A stretch of 30,293 nucleotides of DNA, taken from Sphingomonadales bacterium. Lineage in GTDB: Bacteria > Pseudomonadota > Alphaproteobacteria > Sphingomonadales > Sphingomonadaceae. Positions 25,276-30,293 of the stretch are shown one piece after another. The translations under genes and the position numbers were made by a program. Position 1 is the stretch's first letter. The number at the start of each line of letters is the position of its first letter. The DNA lies in the NCBI GenBank assembly GCA_038326295.1, contig JBBQJX010000001.1, positions 1-30,293 of the forward strand, given 5' to 3'. The notes under the pieces were generated by a model, which saw only the letters and a list, made by a program, of their open reading frames with translations, had not been told where the DNA came from and searched no databases.

Positions 25276-26433
25276 TCAATCGCCCGCGAAACGATCCCTC
25301 GTCAGCAGCACGGTGCCTGCCTCGATCTCGGAGACCTTGATCAGGGGGAAGCCGACCGTCACGTTCGCGCTCTGGCGCCATGCATCGACGATGATGTCGC
25401 GCAGCTCGGTCGAAGCGGCCGCGAGGCGCACCTGCGCGAACGCGGTCGATGCCGGATCGGCAACCGAAAACACGTTCGCCGCGCCGGGCAACTGGTACAT
25501 CGGCTCGACCTGCGCGAGCGTGGCCTTCATGTAGCGCACGGTGCGCTCCTCGAATGTGAGCGTGGTCGGCACGTAATCGGTCACCAGCGCTGCGACCGCC
25601 GTGAAATCGACATTGGCCTTCACATACGCACCTTCGAACGGTCCGTGGATGCCCGCCAGCGTGTAGTTGTTCGGGTTGGGATAGGGACCCCAGCCATTGA
25701 AGTGCACCGACACGTGCAGCGGCTGGCTGCCATCGCCGATGAAGTGGCTGGCGTAACCGATGTCGCGCAGCGTCAGCGTCTTGCGCAGGCCGAGCTGATA
25801 CTGGAAGAAGCTCTTCTCGTCGGGCGTCGTCGCGGTGGCGATCGCCTTGGTGAACGCGCGGATATAGGCAAAATCCTTGCGGATCTGCTGGGCGTGATCG
25901 ACGATGTTGAAGGGCAGGTAGCCGACGAAATACTGCGTGTTGCTGTAGAAGCTCGTCGTCGTGACCGTGGTCACATTGCCGACCCTGACCGATGTGCCCG
26001 AGCCCAGGCGCAGGGTCGAATCATAGTCGCGACGGCCGGGCGAGTTGAAGTTCGGCAGCACGAACGCGTTGGGAACCGCCGCGATCGGGGCAGTGGTGCC
26101 GAGGAACGTGCCATCGTCGTTCAGATCGACATAGTGGCCCGGATCGCGCTCGCCGTCGTGCACCGCAAACGTGGTGCGGATGTCGCGCCCGGCGTAGCTG
26201 CCCGAGGTGACGAGGCCGGTGGTCTTGGACACGTCCGCCTCGGCACCGAGTTCGCCGATCTGCTGCGCGGCCTGCGCGGTGCGGACGAAATCGGGGACTT
26301 CGGCGGGCAGCTTCTGGATGGCGATGCGGCTCACCATGACGTGGCCGGTGTGGCCCCAGGCGAGCGCCTGGGTGGGGGCGGTGGCGGCGAGAAGCGCGCC
26401 GACGATCGCGGCGGAACGGGTGTTGAGTGTCAT
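25276..26433 (-). CDS. Secreted S1/P1 nuclease (phospholipase C/P1 fold) family protein
   Basis: Signal peptide ending ALA then WGHTGH; GHYVD, HFIGDGSQPLH and IHGPFE metal-ligand motifs. Confidence 0.8.
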   Translation of the reverse strand: MTLNTRSAAIVGALLAATAPTQALAWGHTGHVMVSRIAIQKLPAEVPDFVRTAQAAQQIGELGAEADVSKTTGLVTSGSYAGRDIRTTFAVHDGERDPGHYVDLNDDGTFLGTTAPIAAVPNAFVLPNFNSPGRRDYDSTLRLGSGTSVRVGNVTTVTTTSFYSNTQYFVGYLPFNIVDHAQQIRKDFAYIRAFTKAIATATTPDEKSFFQYQLGLRKTLTLRDIGYASHFIGDGSQPLHVSVHFNGWGPYPNPNNYTLAGIHGPFEGAYVKANVDFTAVAALVTDYVPTTLTFEERTVRYMKATLAQVEPMYQLPGAANVFSVADPASTAFAQVRLAAASTELRDIIVDAWRQSANVTVGFPLIKVSEIEAGTVLLTRDRFAGD

Positions 26434-26460
26434 CGAATTTTTCCCTCTTCGAAAATGGAT

Positions 26461-27045
26461 TTAGGCGGTGGCGCGGCGGCGAAGCGCGGCGGCTGCGACA
26501 AGGCCCATGCCGAACAGCGCGAAGGCCGATGGCTCGGGGACGGTGACATTGATATTGTCGATCGCAAACGAGAGCGCGTCCGAGCTGAGCGTGACGCTGT
26601 TGAAGCGCGGCCCGGCAAAACTCAGCACGCCCTCGGGATAGAGGAAGCTCCCGCCGGGTGCGATGCCGGTTGCGGTTGCACCGCCGCGCGCGCTCGTGGA
26701 AAGCGTCAACGTCGGAGCGGTATCGACCGCAAAGTTGAGCGTGATCGAGCGCACGGCCTGACTGAAGCTGATCGTCAGCGTGTTGCCGGTCACGAAATCG
26801 GGACCGGGGCCCGCGAGGTAATTGCCGGTGAGCGTCTGGTAGAAGGCGCTCGTGATCTGGAAGCCCTCGGCATCGGTGGCGGATGCGAAGGTGGCGGTCA
26901 GGCCATCGACAGTCGAGGTGAGCGGCGTGACCGCGCCATACTCTTGATCTTCGAAATCGAAGACCACGGTTTTGGCGTTGGCTGACGCGGCCGTCAGGCC
27001 TGCGACGATCGCAGTCAGGAAGAGAGTTGGATTTGGACGCGGCAT
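26461..27045 (-). CDS. PEP-CTERM sorting-domain protein
   Basis: Signal peptide; Thr/Ser-rich body; VPEPSAFALFGMGLVAAAALRRR C-terminus. Confidence 0.92.
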   Translation of the reverse strand: MPRPNPTLFLTAIVAGLTAASANAKTVVFDFEDQEYGAVTPLTSTVDGLTATFASATDAEGFQITSAFYQTLTGNYLAGPGPDFVTGNTLTISFSQAVRSITLNFAVDTAPTLTLSTSARGGATATGIAPGGSFLYPEGVLSFAGPRFNSVTLSSDALSFAIDNINVTVPEPSAFALFGMGLVAAAALRRRATA

Positions 27046-27344
27046 GGATGCGATCCTTTCATGGCAGTCACAGGACTGTAACAAACAGCCGCACCGGCTT
27101 CGCCGTCCCTATCGGTAGGAACAAGCGACGGCACGGTTGCAACAAAGCCGGTTGTCACAAAAAGTTCTTGTTGGGTCAGGCCCCTCGCTACTTGGCTAAC
27201 AGATGTCAGCACTCGTATCGAGTTGATGACGGACTGACGGATTGCCGACGTTAAGTCAACGGTTCATGCGATGGACAGTTTGCGGACCCGCGCGCGCGCG
27301 TGCGTGGCTTCCCAAATCCCGCGCCTCGCTGTCTATCGCCCGCA

Positions 27345-28160
27345 ATGCCCGAGCTTCCCGAAGTTGAAACCGTCGTGCGCGGCCTCGCGCCCGTGCTGGT
27401 AGGCCAGCGGCTGGCGAGTGCGGTTGCGTACCGCCCCGACCTGCGCCGCCCGATCCCTCCCGATCTGGGGCAGAGGTTGACGGGCGCGCGGGTCACCGCC
27501 GTCACGCGCCGCGCCAAATACGGGCTGATCGCAACCGATCGCGACGATACGCTCATCTTCCACCTGGGAATGTCGGGGCGGATGCGCCTCGATCCCGCCG
27601 ATAGCGGCGTGCACGATCATGTGGTCCTCACCACGGAGGAGGGCCGCCGCATCGTGTTTACCGATCCGCGCCGCTTCGGCCTGCTGGCGCTCGCGGCGAC
27701 CGCCGATCTGGCCGCGCATCCGCTGCTGGCGGGGATCGGTCCCGAACCGCTCGGCGCCGGGTTCACTGCGGCGTGGGCGGCCGCGCGATTTGCGGGCCGG
27801 ATCGCGCCCGTGAAGGCGTTGCTGCTCGATCAGCACGTGGTCGCGGGCATCGGCAACATCTATGCGTCCGAGGCGCTGCACCGCGCGCGCATTCAGCCTG
27901 CGCGCGCGGGCGGCAGTCTCTCGCGCGCCGAGGTGGCCGCGCTGGTCCGCGCGCTGCGCGCCACCCTGAAGGAAGCCATCGTGGCGGGCGGCTCCTCGCT
28001 GCGCGATCACATCGGCGTCGATGGCGTGCTCGGCCTCTTCCAGAAAAGCTGGCGGGTGTACGGGCGCGAGGGCGAGCCGTGCCCAGTGTGTGGCGACGCC
28101 GTGGTGCGGACGGTGCAATCGGGCCGATCGAGCTTCTTGTGCACGCGCTGCCAGTACTGA
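27345..28160 (+). CDS. mutM: Formamidopyrimidine-DNA glycosylase
   Basis: MPELPEVE, HLGMSG, DPRRFG, GIGNIYASE and a CPVC..CTRC zinc finger. Confidence 0.97.
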   Translation: MPELPEVETVVRGLAPVLVGQRLASAVAYRPDLRRPIPPDLGQRLTGARVTAVTRRAKYGLIATDRDDTLIFHLGMSGRMRLDPADSGVHDHVVLTTEEGRRIVFTDPRRFGLLALAATADLAAHPLLAGIGPEPLGAGFTAAWAAARFAGRIAPVKALLLDQHVVAGIGNIYASEALHRARIQPARAGGSLSRAEVAALVRALRATLKEAIVAGGSSLRDHIGVDGVLGLFQKSWRVYGREGEPCPVCGDAVVRTVQSGRSSFLCTRCQY

Positions 28161-28239
28161 CGCTCCGGCGGCGCGATTCGCCGGTGGATAACTCCCGCCA
28201 TTCGCTTGCCTCCCGCCCTCGCCTGATTCACACACCCCC

Positions 28240-29988
28240 ATGCTGCCACTCGCCTCCTCGATCCTCGGCCGCGCGTGGCGCTGGCGCGGGCATGGCCCCG
28301 GTTTGCCGGGGGCGGGGCGCGCGGCGGGGATTCCCGATCTGGTCGCCGAACTGTTCGCGGCGCGCGGCGGCGAGGCCCGGGATTTCGCGCGCCTTGCCGA
28401 TCCGCGCCTGCGCGACTGGCTGCCCGATCCGCATGTCCTCATCGATATGGAAGCCGCCGCCGCCCGCGTTGCGCACGCGGTGATCGCGGGCGAGGCGATC
28501 ACGGTCTTCGGCGATTACGATGTCGATGGCGCAACTTCGGCGGCGCTGCTGATCCGCTTCCTGCGCGCCGCCGGAGCGGACCCGCAGGCTTACATCCCGG
28601 ACCGGCTGCTCGAAGGCTATGGACCGAGCGCGGACGCGATGCGCGTGATCGCCGCGCGAGGCACGCGGCTGGTGATCACCGTCGATTGCGGTGCGCAGGG
28701 CTTCGAGGCGCTCGCCGCCGCGCGCGATGCCGGGCTCGATGTGGTGGTGATCGACCACCACCAGTGCGCAACTGAACTTCCGATCGCCCACGCGCTCGTC
28801 AATCCCAACCGGCTCGATCAGGCCCCGGGCTACGGCCATCTGGCGGCGGTGGGCGTGTGTTTTCTGCTCGCGGTCGCCACCGCGCGCACGCTGCGCGAAC
28901 GGGGCCACTGGGCGCAACGGGCCGAACCCGATCTGCTCGGCCTGCTCGATCTGGTCGCGCTGGGGACGGTCGCGGACGTTGTGCCGCTCATTGGCCTCAA
29001 CCGCGCCTTCGTCGCGCAGGGACTGAAAGTGCTCGCGCGGCGCGGCAATCCGGGCCTCGCCGCATTGGCAGACGTCGCGGGCCTGACCGCGCGGCCGGTG
29101 GCGCGCGATCTCGGCTTCGCGCTCGGTCCGCGTGTGAATGCGGGCGGCCGCATCGGTGCGGCGGACCTGGGTGTGCGCCTGCTCACCACCGACGATCCCT
29201 CCGAAGCCGCCGCGCTCGCCGCCGATCTCAACCGGCTGAACGCGGAGCGCCGCGCGATCGAGACCGGCGTCGGCGAAGCCGCGATGGATGCCGCCGCCGC
29301 GCGCGCCGCCGATCCCGTGATCGTCGTCGCGGGGGAGGGCTGGCATGCGGGCGTGATCGGCATCGTGGCCGCGCGCGTGAAGGAGCGCTTCGGCCGCCCC
29401 GCGATCGTGATCGGGCTGAGCGGTGCGACGGGCAAAGGCTCGGGCCGGTCGATCGCGGGGGTGGATCTGGGTGCCGCCGTGATCGCCGCGCGCGATATGG
29501 GTCTGCTGGTTGCAGGCGGAGGCCATGCGATGGCGGCGGGGCTCAGTATCGCCGCCGCACGGATCGACGATCTGCGCGATGCGCTGAACGAGCGGCTCGC
29601 CGCCCCCGTCGCCGCCGCGCGCGCGGACAGCGCGCTCATGTTCGATGCCGTCCTCGCGCCTGCTGGTGTGTGCGCGGGGCTGGCGGATGCGCTCGATGCG
29701 GCGGGCCCTTACGGCGCGGGATGGCCCGCGCCGCGCGTGGTGGCGGGGCCGGGCCAGATCGTCGACGCGCGCACAGTGGGCGAAAACCATCTGCGGCTGG
29801 TCTTCGCAGGCGCGGACGGCGGACGCTTCAAGGCGATCGCGTTCCGGCAGGCCGATACCGTACTCGGCGCAGCCCTGCTCGGTGCGCGTGGCCGTCGCGT
29901 CCACCTTGCGGGCCGCGTCGCGCGCGACGACTGGGGCAGCAAACCGGCGGCCGAACTCCACGTCGAGGATGCCGCCTGGGCCGATTGA
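28240..29988 (+). CDS. recJ: Single-stranded DNA exonuclease RecJ
   Basis: GDYDVDGATS, TVDCG, DHH, LGTVADVV, GPRVNAGGRIG and GGHAMAAG motifs. Confidence 0.95.
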   Translation: MLPLASSILGRAWRWRGHGPGLPGAGRAAGIPDLVAELFAARGGEARDFARLADPRLRDWLPDPHVLIDMEAAAARVAHAVIAGEAITVFGDYDVDGATSAALLIRFLRAAGADPQAYIPDRLLEGYGPSADAMRVIAARGTRLVITVDCGAQGFEALAAARDAGLDVVVIDHHQCATELPIAHALVNPNRLDQAPGYGHLAAVGVCFLLAVATARTLRERGHWAQRAEPDLLGLLDLVALGTVADVVPLIGLNRAFVAQGLKVLARRGNPGLAALADVAGLTARPVARDLGFALGPRVNAGGRIGAADLGVRLLTTDDPSEAAALAADLNRLNAERRAIETGVGEAAMDAAAARAADPVIVVAGEGWHAGVIGIVAARVKERFGRPAIVIGLSGATGKGSGRSIAGVDLGAAVIAARDMGLLVAGGGHAMAAGLSIAAARIDDLRDALNERLAAPVAAARADSALMFDAVLAPAGVCAGLADALDAAGPYGAGWPAPRVVAGPGQIVDARTVGENHLRLVFAGADGGRFKAIAFRQADTVLGAALLGARGRRVHLAGRVARDDWGSKPAAELHVEDAAWAD

Positions 29989-30011
29989 CCGGCTGCGACG
30001 GCGCGCCTTGC

Positions 30012-30040
30012 TTGACCCGTTGCCCGCACCCGCCTAGGTC
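30012..30040 (+). promoter_or_regulatory. Sigma70-type promoter of tRNA-Glu
   Basis: TTGACC-N17-TAGGTC, 13 nt upstream of the tRNA. Confidence 0.6.
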
Positions 30041-30053
30041 CGCCCGCTCGGCT

Positions 30054-30129
30054 GGCCCCATCGTCTAGCGGTCTAGGACGTCGCCCTTTCACGGCGAAAA
30101 CACGGGTTCGATTCCCGTTGGGGTCACCA
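30054..30129 (+). tRNA. tRNA-Glu(UUC)
   Basis: GGCCCCATCGTCTAGCGGTCTAGGACG TCGCC CT TTC AC GGCGA AAAC ACGGG TTCGATT CCCGT TGGGGTC A CCA; 76 nt. Confidence 0.97.
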
Positions 30130-30293
30130 GCTTTTCCGCCAGTGTCTCGCTGGCAGCATCCTTGCCCAGATCGAGCAGTGCCTTGCCGAGCGCCTTGCCC
30201 TCGTCGTCGGCGATGGCTGCCCGGTGCAGCGCTGCCAGATGCGCCGCACCGTCGGCGCACGCGGCGAGATAGGGCAGCGCGCGCAGGATCGCG
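30089..30293 (-). CDS. 3' end of an unidentified ORF entering from the right edge; overlaps tRNA-Glu antisense
   Basis: Open frame ...AILRALPYLAACADGAAHLAALHRAAIADDEGKALGKALLDLGKDAASETLAEKLVTPTGIEPVFSP* with GC-rich third positions. The stop is at 30091-30089. Confidence 0.5.
   Translation of the reverse strand, partial: AILRALPYLAACADGAAHLAALHRAAIADDEGKALGKALLDLGKDAASETLAEKLVTPTGIEPVFSP

Noticed and set aside
27128-27152. Sigma54-like GGCAC..TTGC sequences upstream of the PEP-CTERM gene
   Set aside because: The GG-to-GC spacing is 7 nt instead of the required 10 on both strands.
10891-29988. Apparent DNA-repair cluster (recQ, priA, HIRAN, S1/P1 nuclease, mutM, recJ)
   Set aside because: These are dispersed core genes in different operons. 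The nuclease is secreted and there is no shared regulatory motif, so I do not call it a system.
1-30293. CRISPR array, rRNA, intact IS or prophage genes
   Set aside because: No regularly spaced repeats, rRNA-like sequence, transposase or phage structural motifs were seen.

Overview
GC-rich (~65-70%) chromosomal window, most likely from a Sphingomonadaceae-like alphaproteobacterium (acp-spt pair, PEP-CTERM protein, ubiE-ubiB-coaBC and mutM arrangement). The left third (~1900-9713) looks like a decayed integrative element at the 3' end of tRNA-Ala(GGC). It holds broken P4-type integrase, TraA relaxase/helicase, NYN and YetF fragments around intact membrane/stress cargo (DUF389, AI-2E, DUF1622, CPA1 antiporter, MscS, a small secreted protein). 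The rest is mostly core genes: mscL, recQ, acp-spt, priA, pcm-tolC, coaBC, ubiB, ubiE, mutM, recJ and tRNA-Glu. It carries two insertions: a low-GC membrane-anchored HIRAN gene, and a PEP-CTERM plus S1/P1 nuclease pair. The most striking item is missed by the ORF track: a 93-nt tRNA gene (14515-14607) with a UAU anticodon, a long variable arm and a C1:G72 pair. It lies 25 nt behind the serine palmitoyltransferase gene, and its leader can fold two mutually exclusive ways. All family calls come from motif recognition by eye; no database searches were run.
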